Shown here: in pieces, positions 39,301-51,786 of the stretch
Layout of the letters: the number at the start of each line of letters is the position of its first letter
Numbering within the stretch: position 1 is the stretch's first letter
Assembly (NCBI GenBank): GCA_030770535.1
Contig: JASVEC010000015.1
Coordinates: 310,001 to 374,000 of the forward strand
Direction: 5' to 3'
Source of the DNA: Batkoa obscura
Lineage: Eukaryota
Length of the DNA stretch: 64,000 nt
Translations under genes and position numbers: made by a program
Notes under the pieces: model-generated
Told to the model about the DNA's origin: nothing
The model's input: the letters and a program-made list of their open reading frames with translations, nothing else
The model's database searches: none

Positions 39301-40829
39301 GAATTTCCAAAACTTTTATTTTCTATCCTTCCAATCAATTTCAATTTTAGTTCAATTTGCTGCTGAGTATTTCCATTCTTGTTAATATCTAACCTATACA
39401 AATATCCTTTATCACTGCCTAAATAAATATAATTATCTTTTCCTGTCTTTTTATATACGCTTGGATCACTCCAGCATGTTATTAATGATACTAATTAAAC
39501 AAATAAATATATATATTACATTATTATTTATATTATTTTACCTTCATCATTGTTATTAATCTTAGGCAAATCCAATCTAGGAAAATGAATATTGGCGGCA
39601 ACTACATGATCAGTAGTTAAAAACATGATTTGATACTCGGTAACAATAACCATCGAGTCATAAAAAGAGCTCAAAGGTATCAAATGCAATGGCATACCGT
39701 CGATAGCTAATTCCACTAAATAAGAGTAAAAAATTATTATACTAATAGAATAAAATCTTACGATTTCCAATAGGTAGTTTATATCTTTGATAATTAATAT
39801 CTTGATTTTCATTCATAAAATTTACGTTTTCTTCCGAATCTTCTTCTAAATGTAATTGGTGTGGTGCACCATTTTTCAGCGAATAAAATTCATATAATAT
39901 TAACGAGGAAGTTTTATCAATATCACTATATAAAATTTAATAAGCCGGTTACTAGAATAGTTGCTACTATAGCTAACTTACTCTAAAACAATCAGCGCTA
40001 AAACGAATCTATTTTTAACCTCTTTTTTCATAAATAAATAACTCATAGCCCAAATCACTCCTTGAACTTCAAAGGTAAAATCCTAAGTTAATATTAATAT
40101 CATCCTACTAATCACTATTTTACTGTTTACTTTAATATCACTGTTTTTGATCCATTTTACTGGCTCTTGTTCAAATTTATTTTGATAGCTGTTTATAAAA
40201 TATATAGTGAATTTGGTCAACCAAGCTGCCACGGAAAAAGAATGTTTTCTAAATCAGTCAGTTCATTATTTTACTAAATCATCAATTTTTAGATCAAAAT
40301 ACCTTCCTTCTACCGCCAACTTTCTATTTAAAAATTGATATTCCGAGTCCAAAGAATTAATAACGATCTATTCGAAATCGATAGTTTAATATCATTTCTA
40401 AAAGTTTTTATAAATCTCACTTACCTCTCTAACCATTTCCAAATCACTACTTTCGCCTTTTTTCCCTCTATCAATCCTCAAAAAACAAGCTTTGCCAGCA
40501 TCCGAGATAGCTAATAACATATCCTCTCCAAATAGCCAGATATCTTTACATACTCCAAATAGATAGCTTTGATAGTATTGACTAATTTTTATCTTTTTGC
40601 TTTTTAGTTTAATATGTTTAATTTCTAGATAAGTTTCTCGATTTAAGATGAGCTCTTTCTCTCCAGTGATTATCTGATGTACCAATAGTTTGCGTATAAT
40701 GCTGTTTTCTAAGAGAGGTTTGATGAGTAATAATGGAGGATTACTGGTGTCTGTTATGTTGCTGTCTGTATCTTCATTTAATGTATTATATTGCTCATTA
40801 ATTATATTGGCTGTGTACGATAGACTCAT
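36342..40829 (-). CDS. DDB1/Rse1/CPSF160-family (Mms1-like) triple beta-propeller protein, multi-exon
   Basis: N-terminal LFGVCKDI...DMLLAISDAGK, LIGLKSG, LGKLPVKF, GTPRRIHY, GRLLV and C-terminal VDGYLIKRFL; ORF pieces joined by GT-AG introns. Confidence 0.75.
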
Positions 40830-41530
40830 ATTTTTATAAGTTAAAATTGAGTGAAATAGGGGGTTGAATGATTTGTAAAATTAAAAATTTCAAGTTCAAT
40901 AAAAAAGTAATGAAATTGATTGGTTGTGATAAAAAGATTACTTGATTTTAGGAAACGGAAATGAGTTGATACTCTATGTATGCTGCGCTTAATTATTCTT
41001 AGGTAGAGGGATAACCCTTATCAAAATTTGAGCTTTAGTGCAAAGCTAATACTTGCAAATAAACTTAATTTTATTGGTTGAAATTTTAGTCTTTTAAACT
41101 GCCAAAATCACCTACATCTCAGTTTACAAATCATTTTTAAATTTTATATCTGTTTATTTTAAACACAAGTACTTTTTATTAACATTAAATTGTTAACATC
41201 TTTCATTAAGGTAAAAGTGTTTTCAATTGGTACTTTAGAAAAGATAAAAACTAAATTAGCTTTCAATAGCCTTAATAATGTTATTAATGAAGATGAGTGA
41301 GTATACTAGATTTATTAAAATTCATCAAACTAAAAGTATCCTTATAAAACTGGAATTTCATTAAAATGAGATTAACAAAGATGTCTTGATAATTATTAGC
41401 CTTAATAAAACCAATAACAGCATTTTATGCCTGAAAATTATTCCTGAATTGATACTATTGTATTTGCTACTGTTGAATACAGTTACAATTTAATTACTAA
41501 TGACTCTAGTGCTTTAACTAGCAATTGCAT

Positions 41531-41630
41531 GTGTGTGTTTTTTTTTTTGCTTCATTACTTTTTCTATCTTTTAAGCACTATTTGAGTGGAAGAATTATTA
41601 GTAAAATCCTCAAATACAAAAATAAATCCA
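41531..41630 (-). mobile_element. MITE copy (eroded ends)
   Basis: Reverse-orientation consensus match. Confidence 0.75.
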
Positions 41631-41649
41631 TTAATTTTCAACTTTGATC

Positions 41650-42335
41650 TCCTCGACTAAAAAAATACGAATTAGCTAGTATTGAGCATGGGACTAGACT
41701 ATCCGCTACTTATCCTCGCGTTCCAACTGATAACTATGTATTAATTGATATTGAGTCCAAGTATAAATTGTCTACTATTAATACTGTCTCAGCTAGCAAT
41801 CATAGATTATCTATTACTAACCTCAAGGTTGAATTATCCACTACTGATTCATATATTTCAAGCAATGATTATGTATTAATTAACAACAAACCTAAGACTA
41901 AATCATCATTGGTTAACTATAGCATTCCAGCTAATAGCTGTAAACTGACAACGCTTCATTTGAAGCTGTATCTTCTCCTATTAATTACAATCTTTTAGCT
42001 AATAATTTTGAAACAGCTAATACTGGCACTAAAGCTAAATTTTTTGTTAGCAATTCTCATATTCCAAATAATAGTTATGTTTTAATTGATATTAAATTTA
42101 AAACTAAATTGTATAATGTTTACTTTGATATCCTAGCTAGTAATTATAAATTAATTGATGGTAAGTTAAGATTAAACTGTTTGTTACTAACTTTAGTATT
42201 CGAATTAGTAATTATAAATTAGTTAATACTTTATCTAAAGTTAGATTGTTTTTTATTAATTTTGATATATCAGTTAATAATTATAAGTTGACTAACACTG
42301 GGTCTAAATCCAAACTTCCTACTATTAATTTTCAC
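41650..42335. repeat. Degenerate tandem array of about ten ~69-bp units
   Basis: Recurrent (C/T)AGCTA(A/G)TA..TA block at ~41722, 41790, 41858, 41927, 41996, 42064, 42133, 42201, 42270. Confidence 0.6.
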
Positions 42336-42351
42336 TTCTTAATAACTATGT

Positions 42352-42446
42352 GGGGATGTTTTTTTATTTCATTACTTTTTCATTTTTAAGCGCTATTCGA
42401 GTGGAAAAATTATTAGTAAAATTCTTAAACAAAAAAATATATCCCT
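42352..42446 (-). mobile_element. MITE copy
   Basis: Reverse-orientation consensus match starting GGGGATGTT. Confidence 0.85.
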
Positions 42447-43420
42447 GAATATCAAAATTGTTTGAAATGTTTAAATCAATTCAATAAATTAATATTTACT
42501 GTTTGAAGCTGAGGTAATAAAGCTCATATAAAAGCTGATTAATTTTTTACTTTACTATAATTAAAATCTTCAGATTAAAGTTAGAAATGAGTTTTTTAGG
42601 ATATTTTGACAATTTAAATATTCAATAGCTCTATTAATTGAACCCTTGTATTATCTACCAATGATGTCATAAAAACTTAAATATTTATTTAATTGGTTAA
42701 TAGAATTTAAATTAGTTAAGAATAACTTAGTGATATTTTTTAGTTTTAAATTAATTTAAATAAATTTAGCAAATCTTAAGTAATGAAATGTAAATAAAAT
42801 TTGAAATTGAACTATTATTTAAGAACTTCAATGGATCTAGCACCCATTGGTATCAATAAATTAGTTATGATGTCAGTATAAAAAGAATATTTACATTGTA
42901 TTATTATTAGATATGGCTGCTTACTATACTTAAATCACATGTTGTATTTCACAGACAATAATAAGGACAACTTTTCAGAATATAAAAGCGCTAAAGAAAC
43001 TAACTCTTGATTAGAAAAGAAAAAAGAAGAAAACAGCTTAGGAAACAATCTTTGATTAAAAATGAATAAATAAAACTTAAATAATCACACTTGATTTTGA
43101 AATGAATATCAATATTCTCGATTGCTATCTTTTCTACAACACAGATCTCTTCAAGATACATAGCTAATTTTACTTAGTAGCCCTGCACTTAACCTTATGA
43201 ATAAAGATAACTTTGGAATATTGTATAAATATTTTAATAGTTATTTTAAGATTCATGTTTGAAGTTGACTTATTTATAACTTTAATATAGTTTATATTTA
43301 GCATCAATCTTGGCAAAAGCTTGACTCAAGGTAATTTAATCCAAATGTATAATAGGGTGAGTTTTTCAATTCTAGTATCCAATAAAAAATTAATTAACAA
43401 TACTAGTGTTATCTTTATAT

Positions 43421-43516
43421 GACAGTGTTTTTTTGTCTTATATCACTTTTTCCATTTTTAGGTGCTATTTGAGTGGAAAAATTACTAATGAAATTCCTAA
43501 CAAAAAATATATCACC
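43421..43516 (-). mobile_element. MITE copy
   Basis: Consensus match; TSD ATAT/ATAT. Confidence 0.8.
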
Positions 43517-43661
43517 ATATGCATATTTATTAATTACAACAGTTACATAATAGTATTAATATTAAAGAATATTAATATTTAAAGGTTGTTGACTCGGTGA
43601 AATTAAAATTTACTTTTTTTAAGAAAATTAACTTACTTTAATAGCTATTAATCAACAAAGG

Positions 43662-44858
43662 ATGAAGTTTCATTATAGATATATATTTCTATCATTTATG
43701 GCAGCAACAATAGTTTTTTTAATAGTGGTGTTAATATATGGAACCCAAAAGAAGGAAGGTGATGATACAAAATATTTGACATGGGAGGTACCAGGGTTTG
43801 CATATATAAATAATCAAATGATATTACATGTAGCTTCAGAGTTATATAATCCAACTAATAGAAAGGTTGTTCATCCTAAGTTATGGTTTCCATCAATTTA
43901 TAATACTCAAAATAAATACGTTGGGATAAATGAGTTGTATGAAGAAAAGTTTGAAAATTTAACAGATGAAACTTATAAAGATGTAGATACCGTCAGTGAA
44001 GCACAATCATCAGATGATAATTATATCCGCATAAATAATAGCAGAGAATCCTATTGGAGTTATATGTACCCTAGGTTTATAATTTATACTTTTGTAATAG
44101 GTGGAAATTGGAGAAAACAGGCACATTCAATAATGAATTGATATCAATATAAAAAAGGAGGTATGATAAATAAATGTATTGAAATGGCAAAAGAACAATA
44201 TCCTATAAAAGAGAGTATTGGTATTCATTTAAGGACGTGGAATAAAGATGTTTCGTTAGTAAACTCACATGAGTGTGATAAAATATATCACAATAATCCC
44301 TTAAAGTTATTATGGTCTTGTAAATTAGATGAAAATAATGTAAGTAATATGATTGATTGGTTATCAAATGACAAAGATACGCCTATTTTGGTTGCAACTG
44401 ATGATTCACATTCTTCACTTATTTCTAACTTAAAGAGTAAATATTCAAAATTATATCTAATTAATTATGATAAGTTATTAAATCAATGTTTTAATGAAAC
44501 TAAAGAATTTGATCAAAAATGGATGAAAGTACACGGATTAGCAATTATAGATAATGAATTATTAGCTAATACTGGCCAATTTATTGGTAATTTATTTTCA
44601 ACTTTTTCTGATATTGTAGCTATAAAGAGAGAAAATAATAGTTATTTTGTGCAAAATACTCATCAATATTTATTAGAACATTATTTATTTTTATGGGTAT
44701 TCTTAATATTATGTCTTATCTTTAGTCCATTTGTTTTCTTAATTTATCATTGTAAGTTAAGATATAATAATGGCAATAAATACATACGATTAAACAATGA
44801 TGATATTGGTGCTATAAACTTGAGTGATGTAAATAATAACTCAAATAATAGTAATTAA
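43662..44858 (+). CDS. GDP-fucose O-fucosyltransferase-like membrane protein interrupted by an in-frame TGA (44139-44141)
   Basis: N-terminal TM anchor; IGIHLR, ILVATDD and IIDNELL...FIGNLFSTFS fucosyltransferase motifs; C-terminal TM; both ORF pieces are in the same frame. Confidence 0.7.
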
Positions 44859-44991
44859 TAAAAAGCTCTAACTTTATTTTTATTTTTATTTTATGTTTTT
44901 ATTTTATGTTTTTATATAAATTAGGGCTTATTAAAATATTTCTTATTTCATAAATATCAACTATTTAATAAACAACTTAGTAGTGTAATAT

Positions 44992-45090
44992 GGAGATGTT
45001 TTAGCTTCATCACTTTCTATCTTTTAAGCGCTATTTGAGCAGAAAAATTCTTGGTAAAATCCTTAAACACAAAATACAAAATACAATTCT
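44992..45090 (-). mobile_element. MITE copy
   Basis: Reverse-orientation consensus match; right end eroded. Confidence 0.75.
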
Positions 45091-46145
45091 ACATTTAAAA
45101 GATTGTTTTAAAATTTTATATTATCTATCCGATACATTAAAATAAAATGCTACTGTGTAAACATTTGACAGCTTCTCTAAAAATGAATATTTTTCAAGCT
45201 TGGCTTTATTATTTCAAATCCACTTATTAGTATTTCATTCACAATATTTCATGCTACTTTATATTCGAATTATGATCATACTAGAAATATACCATTTATA
45301 ACTTTTCTTGAATTAATATTCTCTAGTAAGTATTTGAGATAAGATCTTGGACTATGTTAGTTTATTTTTAAATATACGCATATAAGGTAAGATACAAAAA
45401 TAATTAGTAAACATATATGTATAATTATTTTTGAAACTAGCTTCATTAACCTTTAAGTATGGTAAATATGAATAATTTAAAAATAAAATATCACTTGCAT
45501 AAAAGCTTAACTGCAAAATATAAATTAATGCAATATAATAATTTTTTAATTTAATCTAATAATAGAATAAAAATTAACATAAGTAAATTTAATAATAGAA
45601 TGGAACAAAAATCTTAATGCTAATAAAATGGGTTTTTTAAAGCGTTGGCATTTATTTTTTAGATTTTTCATTTAGCTATTTTTATATTTTGGTTTGAAAT
45701 TTTCAACCATTTTTTGTAGAAATTGGTTAAAATTATTGTAAATATTGAAACCTAAATACCAATTTCGGTTACTATCAATCCAATTTAAACGAAATTGAAC
45801 TTTTTACTTTGTTATTTTTATTTGTTTAAGCTTTTACTTGCATTTAATTTCTCAATGATAATTGAATTTTTAACTTAAAGTTTTGACAAATTAAAAAATT
45901 CAATCTCATTTAAATTTGATGAATAATATAATCTAAAACTTGGTAATAATCTAAGGGACTTTTTAACTGTTAAAGCATAAATTAACTGGGGTATTTCATT
46001 ATTATTATTAACTTTAAACTAAAAATAAAAACTAAAAATTGAGAAATTACACTATAAAAGCATCGAAAATGATACATCAAATAATCAAGAAATTTAAGTA
46101 GTAACAATCATTTATTAACTCATTAATACTACTCTAATCCTCAAA

Positions 46146-46838
46146 ATGTTTAAATCTATCTCACTCATGGTTGGCTTAGTTTTGACTTCTGTCCTTGCTG
46201 TTCCAGTACCAAATAATTCAGTATCTCAAGTAAGCGGCTCGGGTGCTATTGGTGGCTCTACCAATGGGGGAAGTGCTTCTGTAAGCTCATCATTTGGTTC
46301 AGCAGCTGGAAGTGGTTCTACATCAAATTATGGAACAAGCGCTGGTGTTGCTTCAGGCTCAAATTCTTCTTTTGGTGCTAGTTCAAATGTATCAAGTGGT
46401 ACTGCTAATCAATACGGTAACGCTTTTTCATCAGGAAATAATGTCATCAATGGCGCAACTGGTAATTCTGGATTTGTTAATGTAGGATCTAGTTTCGGAA
46501 GTGGAAGTAATAATGGGTATGGTTCCAATGCCAATTCTTTTGGTACTGGATCTACTTCGGGTGTCACTTCAGGTAACGCTGGCTTTGGTGCTTCTTCTGG
46601 CTTCCAAGCTTCTCAAAGTAATTTCTTAAACTCATCTGGGGTCACTGGATCAGGGACTAGTTACGGTCAATCCCTTGGTTCATATTCAGGTACCAATGCT
46701 GGGAATAATGTAGCAGTTATTTCTAATGGAGCTGGAACTGTTGGTACTTCTAATAACTTTGGTTCATCTACCGGAGTCGGGATTATCGGTGCTGGTACTA
46801 ATTTCAATGGCTTTAACAAGGCTACCTCATATCACTAA
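46146..46838 (+). CDS. Secreted Gly/Ser/Asn-rich low-complexity protein
   Basis: Signal peptide MFKSISLMVGLVLTSVLA-VP; mature part almost free of charged residues; TATAAA at ~46053. Confidence 0.8.
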   Translation: MFKSISLMVGLVLTSVLAVPVPNNSVSQVSGSGAIGGSTNGGSASVSSSFGSAAGSGSTSNYGTSAGVASGSNSSFGASSNVSSGTANQYGNAFSSGNNVINGATGNSGFVNVGSSFGSGSNNGYGSNANSFGTGSTSGVTSGNAGFGASSGFQASQSNFLNSSGVTGSGTSYGQSLGSYSGTNAGNNVAVISNGAGTVGTSNNFGSSTGVGIIGAGTNFNGFNKATSYH

Positions 46839-46945
46839 TTTGTAAATAAAAGGTTAATTTTGAAAACCACTTAAATTTCCCAAATATTGTTTTTACAACA
46901 ATTACTTATTTTAAAAAAAAAATAGACCATTATTTGAAAATACAT

Positions 46946-47044
46946 GGGGATGTATTTTTGTGTTTAAGAATTTTACTAACAATTTTTCCACATAAATAGC
47001 GCTTAAAAAATGCAAAAAATAATAAGGCCAAAAAAAACATCCCC
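46946..47044 (+). mobile_element. MITE copy (near consensus)
   Basis: GGGGATGT...ACATCCCC perfect 8-bp TIR; flanks ACAT/ATAT. Confidence 0.9.
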
Positions 47045-47397
47045 ATATTACTAAATAAAAAATAAACTATAATTAGTAGGCCAAAGACATTTAGGTACAT
47101 TAACAATAAGAGCTTTGATGTAGCTTACTTGATAAGTTTTTGAAATCGTTTTAATGAAGATGTTCCATATTTAGCAAAAATATTCATGTATTAACTATAA
47201 GTTAATTTTAATATAATTTTCTCTTAATTAATACTAATTAAACATTAGAGCTACTAAATTTAGAATTAAAGGTCTCTTAATTAAAATAATATTTTAAGTT
47301 GCTATGGTTGAGATCAACGTAATTCTCATTATAAATATACTATGTGTTATTGGTATATTTGATCTCCCAAGATTGAAATTATTTTAGAACATGATAT

Positions 47398-47455
47398 GGG
47401 AATACATTTTTATGTTGAAAAATTGCTAGTAAATTCTTGAGCAAAAAGAAACCTT
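47398..47455. mobile_element. Internally deleted, degenerate MITE
   Basis: GGGAATAC...AAACCTT between ATAT/ATAT, retaining GAAAAATTG.TAGTAAA.TTCTT. Confidence 0.45.
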
Positions 47456-47995
47456 ATATCTATAAAACATATACACAAGCTAGAAAACAATTTTATAAAA
47501 AAATTGTATTTAACTTGATGCCATAATATACTTAATTTAATGCTATAATACAATCAAAAGTTAAAGGCATATAAATCGTTTTTAATATTTAATTACTAGC
47601 ATATAACTTTCCAAGTTATAATGTTTTCTATTTATTATTTTGTATATTGATTCATAAAACAACTAAATAAGAACATTTTAATTTGAAAATATTAAGTCAT
47701 ACCATAAAAATTAATCCAAAATAAGAATAAAATATTTGATAATTTATATATTTACTTAAGGGTTTAACACTTGTTATAACCAAAATTTTTAAATGATTTA
47801 CTATTTAAATTACGTGTCATTAAGTGATATGCCAAATGGTTGAAATATTAAGGTGGAGTGAGTAAAATAGGAGATATAAAAACAGGAATATTTCAAATGT
47901 GATAGATGCCAAGGAATATCAAACATTAACCAGTTTTTTGAGCTATACAAAAGCATATAAAAGTAAAATGAAGTATGGGTTAATCTTTCAAAAAA

Positions 47996-48424
47996 ATGCT
48001 AAACATATCTAGAGTTCTTTTGCTCTCTAGCATCTTTGCTATTTTGGCATCAAATGTGAATGGCTCTACCAATTACGAAGTAAAATGTAGCTCGAATTTT
48101 AAAAAACTCAGCCACCCTAATAATGAAATTAAATATAGAATGGATTGCTATTGCTCTACTGTATACAATGGTGAAAAATTATCGACTTCTTGTGTTCAAA
48201 ATGGAAGAACCACTTCCGATCTTATCTGTACTTCTGCATTTGAGGATGTAAGTAGTGATGGCGAACTTGGGTTAAAATTCGAAAACTGCTCTAGTGACAA
48301 TACTGTTGTTAAAATCAACTTCCCTAAGTCTGGAACTAGTGTTGAATCTAAAATTGAATTTAATTGCGTCAACACTGATCAATCTAATTGGGATTGTAAC
48401 AGTATTGGAAACATCTCGAGTTAG
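47996..48424 (+). CDS. Small secreted cysteine-rich protein (8 Cys)
   Basis: Signal peptide, 142 aa, eight Cys, intronless; TATAAA motifs upstream. Confidence 0.75.
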   Translation: MLNISRVLLLSSIFAILASNVNGSTNYEVKCSSNFKKLSHPNNEIKYRMDCYCSTVYNGEKLSTSCVQNGRTTSDLICTSAFEDVSSDGELGLKFENCSSDNTVVKINFPKSGTSVESKIEFNCVNTDQSNWDCNSIGNISS

Positions 48425-48982
48425 TTTTAATAAACTATAAAGTGGTCTTATAAACTTTTATACATTCAAAAAAATCAATTTTATTGATAATATAAATGAT
48501 CTTCGGTCTAGAGTTTAAATATTATAATATACAATAAGACTTTGTAATGGTTAAGGAAGTCAAATCAAAATCTTTGTAATTAGACAAATATTTTTATCAT
48601 AATAACTAGGAATATTTTGATAGTTTTATGAGTTGAAAAATGTTATGAATACTCCAGATAGATGCTAAATCATACTTAGGTATTAAAATGTTCATAGTTA
48701 ATATAGATAGTGTTACCACAACAAAGAGATAATTTAATAAATGTTCTAAAATTCATCAAGGATAAAGCAAACAAGGATTATCATTTCTCAGTTTGATGTA
48801 AACAGATGATAATTCATGCTATTTATGATTTTCTTCAGAGAGATTTTAGTTAAATTACCAGTTAATAAAACATTAGTCTAAATTTTAATCATATAACGAA
48901 TAGGATTATTTCTAATTAAAACTATCTTTTACAAAAGCTAATAAAAAACAAAAGTTTGGAAGCTAAACTAATATTGAAAAAT

Positions 48983-49081
48983 GGGGATGTATTTTTGTGT
49001 TTAAGAATTTCATTAATAGCTTTTCCACTCAAATAGCGCTTAAAAAATGGAAAAAGTAATGAAGTCAAAAAAAACACTCCC
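48983..49081 (+). mobile_element. MITE copy
   Basis: Consensus match; TSD AAAT/AAAT. Confidence 0.9.
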
Positions 49082-49127
49082 AAATGTATTTTTTTAATAA
49101 ACTAAAATTAAAAATTCAATAACATAT

Positions 49128-49223
49128 GTGGATGTCTTTTTTGGCTTCGCTTTTTTCATTTTTTAAGTGCTACTCAAGAGGAAAATTTGTTAGTAAAATT
49201 CTTAAACACAAAAATACATCCCC
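49128..49223 (-). mobile_element. MITE copy
   Basis: Consensus match; TSD ATAT/ATAT. Confidence 0.85.
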
Positions 49224-49384
49224 ATATTATATTTAAATCAATATTAAGATGATAAAGTTCAATAACATAAAATTGATGCAATGAATTTTGAAAATACAAT
49301 TACTGAATTAAAGTAGTATTAGAAGAATTTTATTAGCAACATTTATATAAATTACATCATCTTGTCTAAGATTAAACTACATAT

Positions 49385-49474
49385 GGGGGTGTTTTAGTCT
49401 CATCACTTTTCCATTAGGTGCTATTTGAGTGGAAAAATTGTTAGTAAAATTCTTAAATATAGAAATGCGCTCCC
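49385..49474 (-). mobile_element. MITE copy
   Basis: Consensus match; flanks ATAT/ATGT. Confidence 0.8.
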
Positions 49475-49544
49475 ATGTTTTCATTTTCAAGTAATAAAAA
49501 GATCATTTAACTAGTTATAGAATCGATTAGAAATAGTGTTCCTT

Positions 49545-49727
49545 TGTGAAATATCGCTTTGTCAGTCCCATGGTTAATTATTTTGATTTGTTATGAGAAT
49601 TTCTAGTTCCACCCAAAAGAATATTATCTTCTCATTTTGATACTTATACTTTTCAGAGTATAAAAGAGTTTACAGAGTATAATAGTTCGAGGCTTTTTAA
49701 CTGAATTATTCCCTGATATCTCGAACA
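49545..49727 (+). repeat. Solo-LTR-like element, copy 2
   Basis: TGT...ACA termini with a short imperfect inverted repeat (TGTGAAATATC / GATATCTCGAACA); homologous to 12524-12730; no clear TSD. Confidence 0.5.
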
Positions 49728-50980
49728 TTTAATAAAGCCACTAAGTTTTCTTAATAGTATTTTACGTAGATTTTACATTAGTATTGTCTATTCTATTTGT
49801 CTTATATAGCTTGTAACCTATTACGTGCTATTCCTCATAATCCAAGTCTATCTTAGTCACATAAACTAAGACCTTTCGACTTATAGTGTAGTCAACCCAG
49901 CAATAGCTGTTCTTGACTCCAAACCCTGAGTACCAGATTTCACACCTTTCGAAAATATAAGAAACTTAAAAGTAATAGAAAATACATGAAGAGTTTAGGT
50001 TGATTAAGGTACCGAAATATTAAATCAAGGCTGTATTTAGTAGTATACTATTATAATATAATGATATTGAAAGTTTTACACGTCAATGGATAGTGGCATC
50101 ATTTATTTATAAAATACCATTGTTTTACTGAAACTTAATTGCTAAATATAATGATAACCCTCATTTTGTAAATTGTAGTAAATTTGGTTCATACAGTTTT
50201 GATTACAATTATAATAGAGATAGCTTATAATGTCGAGTCTATAATGAAGTTTTAATTTAAATATAAAAGCTCTATTTAATAAAGAAAGTCAAAACTGAGG
50301 GCATCATATTCTTATTGTTTTCAACATATGGAAAAAAAGGGCTTCTTCATATGTAAAATAGCAATACCCTTAGTGTTAAATATTAACTATAAATTCCATG
50401 TCACGATTAAGCTCTTTATAGTCAAATGATTTAAATTTGAAAGTAGGTTTTTGATTTTATCTAGTTGATTACAAATCCCTATAGAATTAAAATCGAAAGT
50501 TGTAATGCTTATTATCTTGGTTATTGATGTACCTTAAACTTAAGGTAACTTTTAGCTAATAATTTTATCTACAAATAAAAAACACTTATAATAATTTTTT
50601 ATATGACCAAATTTAACATGATAGTTTGAAATTCCTTCTAATATAATCAAAAGCATTCACTTCACTTTAACTCCATTTTAATAAATAATAATAGAATAAT
50701 AAATATTCTTGCTTTTATATTTGGTCTTTAGATTTTGCAAAGCGTGCGCAGTGCATCCAGCCTATATTAGGCAAGTAACAAACAAAGTGTGCATAAAATA
50801 TTCTATAAAGTACCTTGTTTTCGATGAATTTCATAGTTGTAAGTTGCTATTGGGTAAATAATTAGGATTGTTCTTTATTATTAGGATTTTTAAAAAAGCT
50901 CTTATCAAATGAGTTCTCATATATCTTCGCTGCTTAGCTAAACTAGAAACGGTATTTATATACAACTAATTTTATTTTTT

Positions 50981-51262
50981 TTATAAAGAATTATACTTAT
51001 AATCATTATTGAAACCAGAATCTCGATTTTCATCAATATAGTTCAACTGAAAATACGGTACTTCTACGGAATTTTCAATTGAAAGAAGGCTGTAGGTTGA
51101 GGTTGGAGAAGGTGGATCAGGACAACCTGGAAACGTGATGGTAAAGGTAGAGGGTAACAAAAGAGGTATCTCATCCCTCTTACGACATCTTTCGCTGCAG
51201 TAAAGCTCGGTATCTGAGTAATCAATATGTTGACCACAAATGGTGCACCAACTTGTATCCAT
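50981..51262 (-). CDS. Ecl1/2/3-like protein, copy 2 (paralogue of 35379-35663)
   Basis: MDTSWCTICGQHIDYSDTELYCSERCRKRDEIPLLLPSTFTITF is near-identical to copy 1. Confidence 0.8.
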   Translation of the reverse strand: MDTSWCTICGQHIDYSDTELYCSERCRKRDEIPLLLPSTFTITFPGCPDPPSPTSTYSLLSIENSVEVPYFQLNYIDENRDSGFNNDYKYNSL

Positions 51263-51689
51263 TATATTTACAGTTTCAAGGATGGAAATAATTAGTTTTA
51301 GTTTAATGAATCGAAACAAACACGCTGACCCTTTAATTCAATAAAGTTGTTAACGAGGAAGTTTTTCTTTCAGTTAAGCTTAGAGTATAAAAAAATGAAA
51401 ACTATCTTTTTATACAAGGTGTTTTAAAATTTTGCAGCTTTGAAGATTGCTTAGTCATCTGTTTTATGCACTTACTTATATTATTTGTTGTTTTCAATAA
51501 AAAAACATATATCTTTATGAAGAATACCATTGGTTAAAACTAACTACGGCTAATACTTTCAAAGCTGCTTTTGGTTCTATTAATAGCTTTAAATCCTGGT
51601 ACAAAATACAAGTTTGTAATCTCTTCAAGAATAATAATCAAGTATTATTTGATATTGCTTTTTTGGATTGATTTTATTAAACAAGATAT

Positions 51690-51786
51690 GGGGATATTTT
51701 TTTGGCTTTATTACTTTTTCATCTTTTTAACGCTATTTGAGTGGAAAAGTTGTTAGTAAGATTCTTAAACACAAAAATACATCCCC
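51690..51786 (-). mobile_element. MITE copy
   Basis: GGGGATAT...ACATCCCC; flanks ATAT/GTAT. Confidence 0.88.

Noticed and set aside
41650..42335. CRISPR-like array interpretation of the periodic region or of the MITE copies
   Set aside because: No identical direct repeats with unique spacers, no cas genes, eukaryotic context.
47996..48424. Hydrophobin
   Set aside because: Eight Cys, but lacks the C-CC-C-C-CC-C spacing.
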